From Candidatus Nomurabacteria bacterium (GTDB lineage: Bacteria > Patescibacteriota > Patescibacteriia > HK-STAS-PATE-3): a stretch of DNA of 64,000 nt. Position 1 is the first letter of the stretch. Every line of letters begins with the position of its first letter. The notes under the pieces are model-generated. The model was not told the origin of the DNA. It was given only the letters and a program-made list of their open reading frames with translations, and ran no database searches. The stretch is taken from NCBI GenBank assembly GCA_023898465.1, contig CP060223.1:160001-224000 (forward strand), read 5' to 3'. A program made the translations under genes and the position numbers. This document shows, piece after piece, positions 37,956 through 48,685 of this stretch.

Positions 37956-38664
37956 GGAAATGAATCAGCTCAGTATAGAGCGAGTAGATGAACACAACAG
38001 TGAAAGGCCACAGCAAAATATCACTTGCCAAGGGTCCAAAAACCGGAATAGTGCTAATGGTAGCCGATAGTGCGGCAAGTAAAATAAACCCAAGTAGCGT
38101 AATGAGCAGGACAGACCAAAATTTCCCCTTTACTAAACCATTACCTCTTTTTAATGCATCAATCGCAGATTTATTTTCAACAACAACTACCGTTGGCGCA
38201 AACATGAACCATATACCTAAGACAATGCCTGGAATAATAAAGAGTATAATTCCGCCCAAGACGGCGAGAGTACCAAGGAATCCAGCTATGAGCAGTGGAA
38301 GTGTTTTAGGCAGTACTGCGCGTATTTCATTGGCAATGTTTCGAGAGGAGTTATGGAGTATGCTGATAATGACTCCGGAACCCAGTGTCGTGAAGATGCC
38401 GTTTAACAGAATAACCAGAGAGGTAAATGATACCCTCAGCGTAGAAGTAAATTGTTCAGGATTATTAAATGGATCAATAAGGCCGAGATTAGCTTTCACC
38501 TGATCAAGACCGCCATTGAGATAGGTGAGTGTCATGGTAATAATGGTTACCAATGCAGAGACAGCGATAATTTGATTTGAGTAGGTCCAGAAGCGCTCCC
38601 AGCTCTTTTGGATGATGGTGAAGAGGTTAAAGGAGTTTGTTGCTTGTACCGGTGGATTATCCAT
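37930..38664 (-). CDS. Hypothetical polytopic membrane protein.
   Basis: A 244-aa ORF with multiple TM helices. It overlaps the downstream gene by 26 nt. Confidence 0.55.
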   Translation of the reverse strand: MDNPPVQATNSFNLFTIIQKSWERFWTYSNQIIAVSALVTIITMTLTYLNGGLDQVKANLGLIDPFNNPEQFTSTLRVSFTSLVILLNGIFTTLGSGVIISILHNSSRNIANEIRAVLPKTLPLLIAGFLGTLAVLGGIILFIIPGIVLGIWFMFAPTVVVVENKSAIDALKRGNGLVKGKFWSVLLITLLGFILLAALSATISTIPVFGPLASDILLWPFTVVFIYSLYTELIHFHARENNTQ

Positions 38665-39565
38665 GATGTTGGCCGCCCATTTCTCTTAATGCTTGAATAC
38701 GTTTTTCAATTGGAGGATGAGTAGAGAACACACCTGAGATGTTCTTAGCTACTGTACCGAAAGGATTCGCAATGTACAAATGCGCTGTAGCATTTGAGGC
38801 TCGTTGTAATTTCGATGACCGGGATATTTTTTGCAAAGCCGAAGCAAGTCCATCAGGATAGCGAGTAAGCAGCGCACCCGAAGCATCCGCCAGATATTCG
38901 CGACGACGGGATACAGCAAATTTAATCAATTGTGCAATGATTGGCGAGAGAATAATGAGCACCAATCCAAGTATGGCAAAAACTGCATTTCCAGAAGATC
39001 GATCGCGATTTCCCCGAAAGCTCCTAAGCATCGAGCCCCGGATGAACATGTCCGAGATAATCGCGACCATACCGACCAGCACCGTTACTAGGGTCATGAA
39101 TCGAATATCATAGTTTCCAATGTGGGAGAGTTCATGCGCCAGCACGCCTTCGAGCTCCTCATTTTCCAAATGCTCCAATAAGCCGCTTGTCACGGCCAGT
39201 GAAGCGTGTTTTGGGTCCCGACCAGTAGCAAAGGCGTTCATTGCCTGATCAGGGATAATGTAGATCTGAGGAAGGGGTAGTCCTGATGTGATGCAGAGAT
39301 TCTCAACCATCCGGTAAAGATAGGGGTTATCTTCCTTGCGAATCGGACGAGCGCCTGATGACCAGAGCGCGACTTTATCCCCAGCAAAGTAGCCGCCTAT
39401 ACTCATGGTAATAGCCAAAAATAGGGCAATACCAAGGAAGAAGACACCGGAATCAGACCACGCGTCGATGGAATAACCCAGAGCTACAATGAAAACGAGG
39501 AAGAATACCATCAGTAGCACTGATCGGCGCTTATTTGCGGCAATATGCGTGTAGGTTGTCGCCAT
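38657..39565 (-). CDS. htpX: HtpX-like M48 zinc metalloprotease.
   Basis: The HExxH motif is HELSHIGNYD. A downstream Glu is present (REYLAD), along with N-terminal TM helices. Confidence 0.85.
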   Translation of the reverse strand: MATTYTHIAANKRRSVLLMVFFLVFIVALGYSIDAWSDSGVFFLGIALFLAITMSIGGYFAGDKVALWSSGARPIRKEDNPYLYRMVENLCITSGLPLPQIYIIPDQAMNAFATGRDPKHASLAVTSGLLEHLENEELEGVLAHELSHIGNYDIRFMTLVTVLVGMVAIISDMFIRGSMLRSFRGNRDRSSGNAVFAILGLVLIILSPIIAQLIKFAVSRRREYLADASGALLTRYPDGLASALQKISRSSKLQRASNATAHLYIANPFGTVAKNISGVFSTHPPIEKRIQALREMGGQHHG

Positions 39566-39581
39566 GTATCCTTGAGCGCGA

Positions 39582-40136
39582 CTAGAATTTTACCTGAACG
39601 TTTTCTCGCTCGCTTGGTTCTTCGATCTCAAAGAATTCGCGAGTCTTGAAGCCAAACATTCCGGCGATCAAGTTGGTTGGGAAAACCTGCAACTTTGTGT
39701 TCAGATCTCGTACGTTACCATTAAAGAAGCGACGAGATGCTTGAATCTTGTTTTCCGTGTCAGAGAGCTCGTCCTGTAGTTTGGCAAAGTTTTCTGAAGA
39801 ACGTAGCTGTGGATAATTTTCCGACACAGCAAAAAGGCTTTTTAAAGCACCAGAGAGAGCGTTTTCTGCCTGTGCTTTTGCCTCAGTTCCCTGGGCGCTA
39901 ATTGCTTGAGCTCGAGCCTCGGTGACTTTAATAAAGACATTCTGCTCTTGCTGCGCATAACCTTTCACCGTTTCAACGAGATTGGGGATAAGGTCGTGTC
40001 GTCGCTTTAACTGAACGTCAATATCTGACCATGCTTCATCAGTGCGGTTGCGTAGACTAATAAGACCGTTGTAGGTTCCCCAGAACCAGAGCGCAATCAG
40101 AGCGATAAGTGCGAGTACAATCCAAAGATATAACAT
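39582..40136 (-). CDS. lemA: LemA-family protein.
   Basis: It has an N-terminal TM and the LemA signature (YNGLISLRNRTDEAWSDIDVQLKRRHDLIPNLVETVKGYA). LemA and HtpX commonly occur as a pair. Confidence 0.85.
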   Translation of the reverse strand: MLYLWIVLALIALIALWFWGTYNGLISLRNRTDEAWSDIDVQLKRRHDLIPNLVETVKGYAQQEQNVFIKVTEARAQAISAQGTEAKAQAENALSGALKSLFAVSENYPQLRSSENFAKLQDELSDTENKIQASRRFFNGNVRDLNTKLQVFPTNLIAGMFGFKTREFFEIEEPSERENVQVKF

Positions 40137-40159
40137 AATAGAGTTGCTTAGAAGTTAAA

Positions 40160-40678
40160 TTATTGCGAAAGGACTATTTTTTGAGCTGTACCTTTATTTA
40201 CTTGTCCAGCAGTATTTTTCGCTAATACTTGTATTTTATCACCAACTGATAGGGAAGAGATAGTAATGCTTTCCTCAGTGGCTGGAGCCGCATCAGTATA
40301 GTAGATTGTCCGTACAATAGCAGTATTTTCCTCAATCGTAAGGGTAATTTCTTCTCCATTTTCACCCTGCATAATGAGGGAATTACCTTGAATTCGTGCA
40401 ATAGTGCCACTAATTCCGATCATTTGACGAGCTTCATCGGAAATTTGCGATCCGGAAAGCCTTTCCAGCGCTCCCATACCTGTTACTTCATTTCCATTCG
40501 TGTCACTTTCATTTTGCTGTTGGCCCGGGAACACTAAGACGAGGACGGTAAGAATAGTCAGCACAATAGTAACGCCAATAACTGAACGCATAACCCTAAT
40601 CCAAGGGTCGTGCGCGTGTTGTCCTAGCTCGGTCTTTCGTATAATGTTTTGTGTCAGACCTGGAGTTTGTTTAGGCAT
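40160..40678 (-). CDS. Hypothetical membrane-anchored protein.
   Basis: A 172-aa ORF with one N-terminal TM. Confidence 0.5.
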   Translation of the reverse strand: MPKQTPGLTQNIIRKTELGQHAHDPWIRVMRSVIGVTIVLTILTVLVLVFPGQQQNESDTNGNEVTGMGALERLSGSQISDEARQMIGISGTIARIQGNSLIMQGENGEEITLTIEENTAIVRTIYYTDAAPATEESITISSLSVGDKIQVLAKNTAGQVNKGTAQKIVLSQ

Positions 40679-40687
40679 GGGATTTTG

Positions 40688-40716
40688 TTGACGCTAGGTC
40701 GAGAAAGTGGTAGAAT
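40688..40716 (+). promoter_or_regulatory. Sigma70-like promoter for the paralog operon.
   Basis: TTGACG (40688-40693) is followed by a 17-nt spacer and TAGAAT (40711-40716). It lies in the divergent intergenic region upstream of the 40850 gene. Confidence 0.5.
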
Positions 40717-40849
40717 TTTTTTGTATTTTTTGGACGAGTGTAATTCGACCATCTGACCTACTCTATGATAGTATAGGTGTGTCGACAAGGCTCTGTCAAA
40801 GCCATTTTCCTTACTACAACAAAATTGTGCTACATCGGGGGAGTACATA

Positions 40850-41881
40850 TTGATGCGAATAAATAGTAATTCGCGTCGAAAAAAGCATATTAGTCTGCTC
40901 GTCATTCTTGGAGTGACGATGCTGTTTTTTGGTGTTTCCCAAGCATTTGCGTATTGGACTGAGCCTGATTTACCAGCCCCTGATTCCAGCGTGGGATATC
41001 CGATTTTCCAGGGCAGTGCAAGTGATATTTCTAGCCTTCTCAGTCAAACTAAGACCGGTGGACTCACTATTGGTCCTCCTGGAACTTTAGATATATCAGG
41101 TGGATTAAACACCAGCACTGTTTCTAGCACCTCAAATGTGGTTGTGGACAGTGGCCAGCTCTGTTTAAACGGTTTGTGTATTAGCTCATGGGGTGCGATT
41201 GCGGGAGGATATGTCCATCTGAGCCCTATTTCGGCTGATGCGGGTACGCTTTGGGTGCAGAGTAACAGTTCTGACCCGGCGCTAAACTCAAAGATTATTC
41301 CTAAAAGCAACTTCTTTGGAGTCCGCAGTATTGCCGCAGAGCCAAGTCCAGCTGCTCAGACTGCTGGAATAGCAGGTGATAGTTCAGATCAAGCCTCACC
41401 ACCCGGAGACACTCCCACCTATGGTATCGGTGGCGTGGCGGTTAACATCTCCTTCTGTGTTGGTGGAAGTAACGCCGGCGAGGTGTGTACGGCAAATAGC
41501 GATTGTACTTCAAATGTTTGTACGCCATACGATAAGAGTACGGGTGTATGGGGCTCAAATGGTGGAAATGCGAATGCCTGGGCTGGACGTTTCGATGGTC
41601 GGGTCGGTGTAGAAGGCGAACTTTGTATTAACGGCGATTGTCGCGATGTTTCAAACTGGGGCCCACCTGGTGGGTATAACGATTATGTGCGGGTACAAGA
41701 CAGCGGTGATCCTATTTTCCAAAGCGGTTTGGTAAAAATTCAAGGTACAGTGAAGAGTGGTCAGTTTGTTTTAGGTGCGCCGACTGCCTCCACCTCAATT
41801 TTGTTGACCTGCGGCGATAATCTTTGTAATTACGGTGAAAATGGCGAAAATATTGTAAATTGCGCGGAGGATTGTTCCTAA
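40850..41881 (+). CDS. Secreted protein, short member of the paralog family (N-terminal EPD-motif domain only).
   Basis: Signal peptide, then YWTEPDLPAPD, QLCLNGLCISSWG, and a C-terminal TCGDNLCNYGENGENIVNCAEDCS that matches an internal motif of the 41883 and 47020 proteins. Confidence 0.75.
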   Translation: MMRINSNSRRKKHISLLVILGVTMLFFGVSQAFAYWTEPDLPAPDSSVGYPIFQGSASDISSLLSQTKTGGLTIGPPGTLDISGGLNTSTVSSTSNVVVDSGQLCLNGLCISSWGAIAGGYVHLSPISADAGTLWVQSNSSDPALNSKIIPKSNFFGVRSIAAEPSPAAQTAGIAGDSSDQASPPGDTPTYGIGGVAVNISFCVGGSNAGEVCTANSDCTSNVCTPYDKSTGVWGSNGGNANAWAGRFDGRVGVEGELCINGDCRDVSNWGPPGGYNDYVRVQDSGDPIFQSGLVKIQGTVKSGQFVLGAPTASTSILLTCGDNLCNYGENGENIVNCAEDCS

Positions 41882-41882
41882 T

Positions 41883-43511
41883 ATGCGACATCTTTCCTCC
41901 ATTGGAACGCTGCTTCTCCTCATCATACTAGGGACGACTAATGCTTTGCCTGTGCATGCACAATGGGTCGAACCTGATACTGGTGAATTTCCTACCACCG
42001 GAGGAAGCACGCAAGCGCCTTTAAATACTTCCAACGTAGATCAAACAAAGACTGGATCATTCTTTTTACAGCGCGGCTTAACAGCGGAGAATGGAGTGAG
42101 TTCAAGCGGCGTACTCACGGTACAAAATGGTAATTTGCGTGTTACGCCAGACGGCGGCGGTCAAATTTGTCTCAACGGTGTATGTAAAAGCTCGTTAGAA
42201 ACAAGCTCGGATAACTATGTACGTTTGTCTGCGATTGATCCTGACCTCGGCTTTGTGCTACTCGGTGATGGCTCAACTAACGAAGGTTATTTAGACATTA
42301 GTTCGACCGAAACAATTGGCTTATACGGTATTGCCGGTGATCCTATAACAAAAAACACCTACGGTTTATTGGGTATTGCTGGTGCTGATGATGCTCCGTG
42401 GCCTAATTTTTCAGCCGGTGTTTTTGGTGAGGCTGGTGCAAATACAAGTCAATCGATTGGTTTATCTGGTGTGAGTCCCGATCCAGACGGCCCTGCCTAT
42501 GCAGCCTACTTTAAGGGGCGAGTGAATATTGTGGGATGTCTTGAGTGGAATGGAGGCACTTGCTTAAATGCGTGGCCAAGTGGATTACCAAGCGGTGAGT
42601 ATGTTGCGCTTCTTGAAGATGACGATGAGCCGCAAATAGGAAATATTGATTTATCGACCAGCTCGACAACAGTTTTTACTAGCGTTGTGTTAGGCGATGA
42701 CCCCTCGGGCTTAAGTTTACCTGTGACCTGTGGAGACGGTATTTGCAACAATAGCGAGAGTGGGCTTACTTGTGCGATCGATTGTTTCACCATTATCAAC
42801 CTCCAAGTTACCAATATTACGGATGGCAGTGCTACCGTTACCTGGCGTACGCTGATCAATGCTGATTCATATGTTGAGTATGGATTGACCAGCGATTTTG
42901 GTAGTGATGTATATGATGCCTCGATGGTGACGATGCACTCTTTGCAAATACATAGCTTGAATCATGATACGCATTACTATTTCCGGGTCCGCACAACGAC
43001 CGGCTCGGGCATTTCTCAAACCAGCTCGATACAATCATTCACAACCCTACTTGATCAGACAGCACCTAATGTGCCGGCTAATTTGCGAACTACAACCCCA
43101 GCACCAGATCGAGTGCCATTAGCGTGGTTCCACTCTCAGCTTGATAATCCGGGTGGATCTGGTTTTAAAGAGTTCATTGTTTATCGTGATGGATCACCCT
43201 ACGACACTACCGGTAATACCTACTATGTAGATTATTTCCCAGATCCTGGATATGACCACGTCTATTGGGTGACTGCTGTGGATAATCGTAACAATGAGTC
43301 AGAGGCTTCAAATCCACTTATCGTGCATGTACCAACTCCGTGTATTAGCGACCTTGACTGTACTGATCCGCAGTATCCAGTTTGTTATGGTGCATTGGGG
43401 TGTGGCACACCTCCGCCCGGAGGCTCGCCAGTCATGCTTAAAGAAATTCCCTTAGAGTATTCCCAATATCAGGATCCAGGTGGTTGGGATGAAGGAGGTG
43501 GCTGGTACTAA
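41883..43511 (+). CDS. Secreted paralog with N-terminal EPD-motif domain, FN3 domains, and Cys-rich C-terminus.
   Basis: Signal peptide, then QWVEPDTGEFP, QICLNGVCKSS, TCGDGICNNSESGLTCAIDCF, two FN3-like modules (VTWRTLINADSYVEYG...THYYFRV; ...YWVTAVDNRNNESE), and a C-terminal GGSPVMLKE motif. Confidence 0.8.
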   Translation: MRHLSSIGTLLLLIILGTTNALPVHAQWVEPDTGEFPTTGGSTQAPLNTSNVDQTKTGSFFLQRGLTAENGVSSSGVLTVQNGNLRVTPDGGGQICLNGVCKSSLETSSDNYVRLSAIDPDLGFVLLGDGSTNEGYLDISSTETIGLYGIAGDPITKNTYGLLGIAGADDAPWPNFSAGVFGEAGANTSQSIGLSGVSPDPDGPAYAAYFKGRVNIVGCLEWNGGTCLNAWPSGLPSGEYVALLEDDDEPQIGNIDLSTSSTTVFTSVVLGDDPSGLSLPVTCGDGICNNSESGLTCAIDCFTIINLQVTNITDGSATVTWRTLINADSYVEYGLTSDFGSDVYDASMVTMHSLQIHSLNHDTHYYFRVRTTTGSGISQTSSIQSFTTLLDQTAPNVPANLRTTTPAPDRVPLAWFHSQLDNPGGSGFKEFIVYRDGSPYDTTGNTYYVDYFPDPGYDHVYWVTAVDNRNNESEASNPLIVHVPTPCISDLDCTDPQYPVCYGALGCGTPPPGGSPVMLKEIPLEYSQYQDPGGWDEGGGWY

Positions 43512-46500
43512 TGCGCTATTTCCAACTTCATTTACGTAAACGTTTAACAAATCTGGTGACTTTTGGATTAGCCGTACTTATGCTCGGCGTACTTATGATT
43601 GCTAGCCGTTTCGTAGGTAACGCAAATGCAGAATTTGGACTGACACCACGGTGGTCAACTGAGCCTCATGTGGGAGATAGTTCAGTCTACATTGGTCCAT
43701 GGTCAGCACCGATACAAAACTCTGCTTCCAGTCGACTCTTTGTATATACCGATGATATTCCTGGCGGGGATCGCAATAATTACGTGTTCCGTGTGAACGA
43801 TGATGGTAGCTCAGTGTTAGGAACCAAACTCACTCCAGCGCTAAATGTGGGAACAAACCAGGGAAATAATTTTGGCTTTGTCTCAGATGGTATCGGCGGC
43901 GCTTACGTTGGTTGGACCTCTAACGTTATTGGGGTGGGGTATAACAACGTCATTGCTCGAGTAGGTTCAAGTGGTAATTTGCAGTGGGTGCGTGCAAACA
44001 ATGATGCCGTGGGTGTATCTGAAGTAAACTGGGGACAGTATTTAGCCTCAGACACGAGTGGCAATGCGCTTATTACTTACTTTAAGGGTAGTTCTGTGTG
44101 TGCGATGAAGCTTAGTCGAGCAACTGGTGTGAGTCAGTGGTCATCATCAGCCAATTGTACCGTGGGAGCTCGATCTGCCCGTGAAATTTATCACTCTAGT
44201 TCAAATGCCATTGTGCGAGGCATGATTTCTGATCAACAGGGCGGCATGATTGTGCTACATCGCGATGGCGCAGGAAGCATTTTGCATGCCACTCGAGTAA
44301 ATAGTACTGGTACCGTACTCTGGACAGTAAGCATTACCGATGCTACTGGTGGTTCTCCAACTGGATTAGAATTATTTGCCAAGACTCCAGATACTTTTTA
44401 TGCGATTTGGCGTAAGAGCTCATCAAACTTTATTCAAGCTTTTCACACCTCAGATGGAAGTGCTGCCTGGGTTAACCCCCTCCTCTTTGCTGAATCGAAT
44501 AGCTATGATCCATCAAGTCAATTTGATCGAGCAAAGTTTGTTTGGAGTGGAGCCGATGAGTTGGCCACCGCTTGGCGGCGAACATCTGATAGCGCCCTGG
44601 TAACGAATCGCATTAATGTGGAAACGGGCGCGAAGCGTTGGGCTTCCGACGTTGTAGTGACGACCGAAGCTGAGGATAATAACTATAAAGTGGCAGGGAC
44701 GGCTCAGGGAGTCACCTTCTTTGCCTATTGTCATGATAATGTGCCATCTGATTCAGCACTTTGTGAAATGCAGGGAGTGAGTGCGGGCGGAGCGCTTGTC
44801 TTTTCTGCTGACGGAGTTGATGTTCGACGGAGTAAACCAGATGACATGCAATTCGGTCTGCACACCGTTACTTCATCGACAAGTAACACATATTGTTTGG
44901 ATGAGGGCTTCCGACGTATTGGAGAATCTGTTGGTGCACAAAGTTATTGTCTGAATAGTTTACCTACAGTTTCAGATCCGATTTGTAGTATTGATAACGG
45001 TAGTAATTTTGTACTTTGTTCTGATGCACAACAGGGTTCAACGGTGAGTCACGTGCAAGTAACCTGTGACCCAGGAGATTTTGTCCCACTTTCAGAAGGT
45101 ATGGTAGCAAATACTAGTGGAGTGCACGAGGATTCTGCCTTTATTGAGGGTCGCTATGTGGTATATCGCTATCTTGACTCCGGTCCTCGATGGAAAGTGT
45201 ACGCGTACGATTTAGGTCCTGATCAGCAGTTTGGTACGGGTGATGACCTAGGCACAAAAATTTTGGTGGATGAGGGGAGTATTGATACCTACCCACAAGA
45301 TATTAAGAATGGAAGAATTTTATATTGGCGTTCAGCTGGTGGCACGGCCTCTTTGCGTTTTTATAACCTCAGTGATGACTCGATAGATCCAGGCACCTTA
45401 ACGAGCGTCGCCTTTTCTTCAATTTCTGGCTACGATGGACGCTACTTAGTCTATGCACCTAGCGGCACAACCAACTTGAGTGTGAAAGATTTAGGTGTGG
45501 ACGAGGTGCTCGGTACGGCTGATGACGGGGGAAGCACTCAGCTTAATTCGACGCCCATGGCAAACTATGCCCGGGTGAGTGGACGTTATGCAGTTGGGCA
45601 CTCCACCGGTGGTTTAGATGATATCTATCTCTTCGATCTTACTTCGATTACACAAACACCTGTATATAGCAATGCTTCGGTGCAAGCTGATGTGCCAGAT
45701 ATCCAAGGACGATATATTGCTTGGATGGATTTTCGTAATGATCCAAATGGGTACGATGATGGCAGCGGCACCAGCAATGGCGACATCTTCATTTATGACA
45801 TGGGTCCAGATGAACAATACGGCACCTCTGATGATATCGGTGAATCACAAATCAGCGCCTCGGCGAAAAAAGATAGCTCACCGCGGATTGCCGGTACAAA
45901 GATTCTCTGGCATCAAACACAGAATGGCGGCGCGTCCGATGCAAATCAAAACGTTATGATGTACGACCTCGGACCGGATGGTGAATATGGTACGGCCGAC
46001 GATACTTCAGAAACCCAATTAACCAATAGTCTTAATAATGAATACTGGCCACGCGGAGATGGTGAGAACATTGTTTGGTTAAGCGATCAAAACGGTCCAG
46101 CAAATACCGATATTTTTATTACACCAGCTGGAATTGGTGCTGCATCAATAAGCGAAGTTCGCTTCACTATGACTGCGCCATCTGGTACGCGTTATGTTGA
46201 TCAAGTAGCTGGTGAGGTGAATGCTTCAACGTATACTCTTTATTACCCTGAGCTCATTGACGAAGAGGGGCAGTGGACGGTACAAGCCACTTGTGAAGAT
46301 GTGGCTGGACAAACAGTGCAGCGTGAAAGTATTTGGGATGTTGGACCTTGGCCTTTTAGTGATCAGCAAAAACTTTCTGTCTACGACGGAGTAGCGCAAA
46401 TTTCTAAGAATTCCGGTGATACGATGGAGATAGGTAATGCTGGACGCGATATTACCTCGAATGGAAATATTTACATCCGCCCGAATAACAGTTACGCGGG

Positions 46501-47020
46501 AGCGTACTTCGAAGGCGTAGCTTCAACTGGATCGCAGCGACTCCATCTACCCTATGGTGTGCCAGGTCAACACACTGTCTTTGCCAAGGGCACAGGTACG
46601 GTAAATAGCGCAGATGGTGCGAGTGGAATTGCAGGAATTTTTACAGGACTCTCTAATAATGCAGGTGGCAGTGGGGTTTACGGTGATGTAATGAGTTGTG
46701 CAAGCAGCGGTGGATGTGCCGCAGGGTATTTCCAGGGTGGAGATCAGATTGGCCTCTACGCCTCGACAAACAATGCCTCTTTACCAGCCCTACGAGCAGA
46801 AAACGCTGCCACACCAAATGCATCTACGCTGAATATGTCCGCACTCTTTACGGGTAAGGTGCAAGTGAGTCAGGACCTCTCCGGTTCATTTAGCCCTGAT
46901 GCCTGTGTATGGGTGACGGTAGACGTGGGCGATACTGTGTGTCCAAACGAAGGCTTTGTCTTTGGTTACGATAGCACCAGTTTCGGAGTAGCTGATAAAC
47001 TTTATTGTTGCGGAAACTAA
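43511..47020 (+). CDS. Large secreted or membrane-anchored paralog of 1169 aa, with repeat units and the shared C-terminal YCC domain.
   Basis: An N-terminal TM/signal is followed by EFGLTPRWSTEPH. There are four repeats of about 45 aa (D[LM]G[PV]D..[YL]GT.DD.G). The last ~230 aa are homologous to the 48686 and 49461 proteins and end in LYCCGN. A TAATG stop/start overlap joins it to the previous gene. Confidence 0.8.
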   Translation: MRYFQLHLRKRLTNLVTFGLAVLMLGVLMIASRFVGNANAEFGLTPRWSTEPHVGDSSVYIGPWSAPIQNSASSRLFVYTDDIPGGDRNNYVFRVNDDGSSVLGTKLTPALNVGTNQGNNFGFVSDGIGGAYVGWTSNVIGVGYNNVIARVGSSGNLQWVRANNDAVGVSEVNWGQYLASDTSGNALITYFKGSSVCAMKLSRATGVSQWSSSANCTVGARSAREIYHSSSNAIVRGMISDQQGGMIVLHRDGAGSILHATRVNSTGTVLWTVSITDATGGSPTGLELFAKTPDTFYAIWRKSSSNFIQAFHTSDGSAAWVNPLLFAESNSYDPSSQFDRAKFVWSGADELATAWRRTSDSALVTNRINVETGAKRWASDVVVTTEAEDNNYKVAGTAQGVTFFAYCHDNVPSDSALCEMQGVSAGGALVFSADGVDVRRSKPDDMQFGLHTVTSSTSNTYCLDEGFRRIGESVGAQSYCLNSLPTVSDPICSIDNGSNFVLCSDAQQGSTVSHVQVTCDPGDFVPLSEGMVANTSGVHEDSAFIEGRYVVYRYLDSGPRWKVYAYDLGPDQQFGTGDDLGTKILVDEGSIDTYPQDIKNGRILYWRSAGGTASLRFYNLSDDSIDPGTLTSVAFSSISGYDGRYLVYAPSGTTNLSVKDLGVDEVLGTADDGGSTQLNSTPMANYARVSGRYAVGHSTGGLDDIYLFDLTSITQTPVYSNASVQADVPDIQGRYIAWMDFRNDPNGYDDGSGTSNGDIFIYDMGPDEQYGTSDDIGESQISASAKKDSSPRIAGTKILWHQTQNGGASDANQNVMMYDLGPDGEYGTADDTSETQLTNSLNNEYWPRGDGENIVWLSDQNGPANTDIFITPAGIGAASISEVRFTMTAPSGTRYVDQVAGEVNASTYTLYYPELIDEEGQWTVQATCEDVAGQTVQRESIWDVGPWPFSDQQKLSVYDGVAQISKNSGDTMEIGNAGRDITSNGNIYIRPNNSYAGAYFEGVASTGSQRLHLPYGVPGQHTVFAKGTGTVNSADGASGIAGIFTGLSNNAGGSGVYGDVMSCASSGGCAAGYFQGGDQIGLYASTNNASLPALRAENAATPNASTLNMSALFTGKVQVSQDLSGSFSPDACVWVTVDVGDTVCPNEGFVFGYDSTSFGVADKLYCCGN

Positions 47021-48681
47021 TGCATTCAAAACTACGCATCTCAATTTTCTTTCTCGCTACAATCATTGTAGGAACCTTTGCTTTCAGGGCGATGGCTTTT
47101 ATCGAGCCGGATGATTTCCCGCCCAGTGATACAACGAGCGCACCAGTATTGACTGGTCCACAGGATCAGACTCGTCAGGGACCCCTGACAGTGCAAGGCA
47201 ACGTTAGCGCTTCCGGACCTTTAATTACTCGTGATAGTGAAATCGTTACCTCCGGTGATGTTACGGTGAGCGGTGGTGCTTCAATTTGTTTGAATGGAGA
47301 TTGTATTAACGCATGGACAGCGGCACTTGGTGATTTTGTTCGTCTCTCGCCACCGTCATCTGACGACGGATATATTCACTTGCAAGGTGGGGCTACTTTC
47401 CAAGCTGCCACTGACGCTGACTTTGCTCTATATTCTCGCGCCATTGCTCCGACAGCTAGTGCGAGTTATGGCTTTTATGGCAAGTCTTGGACTGGTCCAG
47501 TTACGAATAACTATAGCTACGGCGTACTTGGAGTGGCAGCTCATGAGGGAATAAATCCCGGAGCCCTAGCTTATGGCATTTTTGGCTGGAATGGAGATAA
47601 CCTCAATGCCTATGCAGGCTATTTCACTGGGAATGTTCAGTTAGTGAATAACTCGGAACTTTGTCTGACTGATGGTTTCACTATTGACTGTCGAACCACT
47701 TGGCCAAATGGAGCACCGGGCGAAGAATTTCTCCTCTTACAAAATACTTGGCCTACTTCAAGTCAGATTGGAAACACCGCGGTGAGTGGAAATGCGCAAT
47801 TTGCGAATGCGCTGTTGGGTGATCCGGGCGCCGGCACTCTTACCTGTGGCGACGGATTTTGTTCCGAGGATGCGATCAGTTGTCCAATTGACTGCCCGAC
47901 GATAACGAACATCGATGCGGAGTGGCTGACCTCTAGCAGCGCCCAGTTTACCTGGACTTCAAATACGACGATGACCTCAGTAGTTCAGTTTGGTCTTTCA
48001 GATCTCTATGGTGGACAAGACATTGACGGTTCATATGTCACAAGTCATTCAATCACCATTGAGGGCCTAGATAGCGATCAGGATTATCATTACCGCGTTG
48101 GTGGTCTGACGGAAAATTCTGGTGCAGCTGTGTTTTCCTCAGATCAAATATTGTCAGCCAGCGTGGTTGATATTGATCCTCCGCCAGTTCCGAGTGGATT
48201 AGTACTTGATGTGCATATTCCACCTCCATCTCCAACAGAAATCATCGACTTAACCTGGGCTCATGATTTGAGCGATAACCCAGTGGGTGGAAGTGGTTTT
48301 AAAGAATTTCATATCTATCGATTAGACTGGTCAGTTGGTCCTCCCTTTGTAATGATTGGCACCACCACCGATTTGAATTTCATTGATGATTCAGGGGATT
48401 TGAGTCAGACAAATGATTATACCTATAGTGTCACTGCAGTGGATAATAATGGCAATGAGTCAGATCCTTTCGAGCGAGCAGTGCACATTCCAGCGAGGTG
48501 TTCTTTTGATGTGGAATGTGGCGTTGATCCGGGATATCCTTTCTGCTGTACATGGAATGAAGGTGATAAAGCCTGTAGCGCAACTTCTTGTAAAGGAGGC
48601 GGGTCTCCAATTATGTTGAAGGAAGACCCTCCGCCATTAGGGCCACCTCCATGTAACGGTCCTGATTGTTATGGACCATAA
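47020..48681 (+). CDS. Secreted paralog with N-terminal EPD-motif domain, FN3 domains, and Cys-rich C-terminus.
   Basis: AFIEPDDFPPSD, SICLNGDCINAWT, TCGDGFCSEDAISCPIDCP, FN3 modules (ITNIDAEWLTSSSAQFTWTSN...YHYRV; YTYSVTAVDNNGNESD), and a C-terminal GGSPIMLKE motif. The start is at the TAATG overlap (the tracked 47005 start is 15 nt upstream). Confidence 0.8.
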   Translation: MHSKLRISIFFLATIIVGTFAFRAMAFIEPDDFPPSDTTSAPVLTGPQDQTRQGPLTVQGNVSASGPLITRDSEIVTSGDVTVSGGASICLNGDCINAWTAALGDFVRLSPPSSDDGYIHLQGGATFQAATDADFALYSRAIAPTASASYGFYGKSWTGPVTNNYSYGVLGVAAHEGINPGALAYGIFGWNGDNLNAYAGYFTGNVQLVNNSELCLTDGFTIDCRTTWPNGAPGEEFLLLQNTWPTSSQIGNTAVSGNAQFANALLGDPGAGTLTCGDGFCSEDAISCPIDCPTITNIDAEWLTSSSAQFTWTSNTTMTSVVQFGLSDLYGGQDIDGSYVTSHSITIEGLDSDQDYHYRVGGLTENSGAAVFSSDQILSASVVDIDPPPVPSGLVLDVHIPPPSPTEIIDLTWAHDLSDNPVGGSGFKEFHIYRLDWSVGPPFVMIGTTTDLNFIDDSGDLSQTNDYTYSVTAVDNNGNESDPFERAVHIPARCSFDVECGVDPGYPFCCTWNEGDKACSATSCKGGGSPIMLKEDPPPLGPPPCNGPDCYGP

Positions 48682-48685
48682 GTAT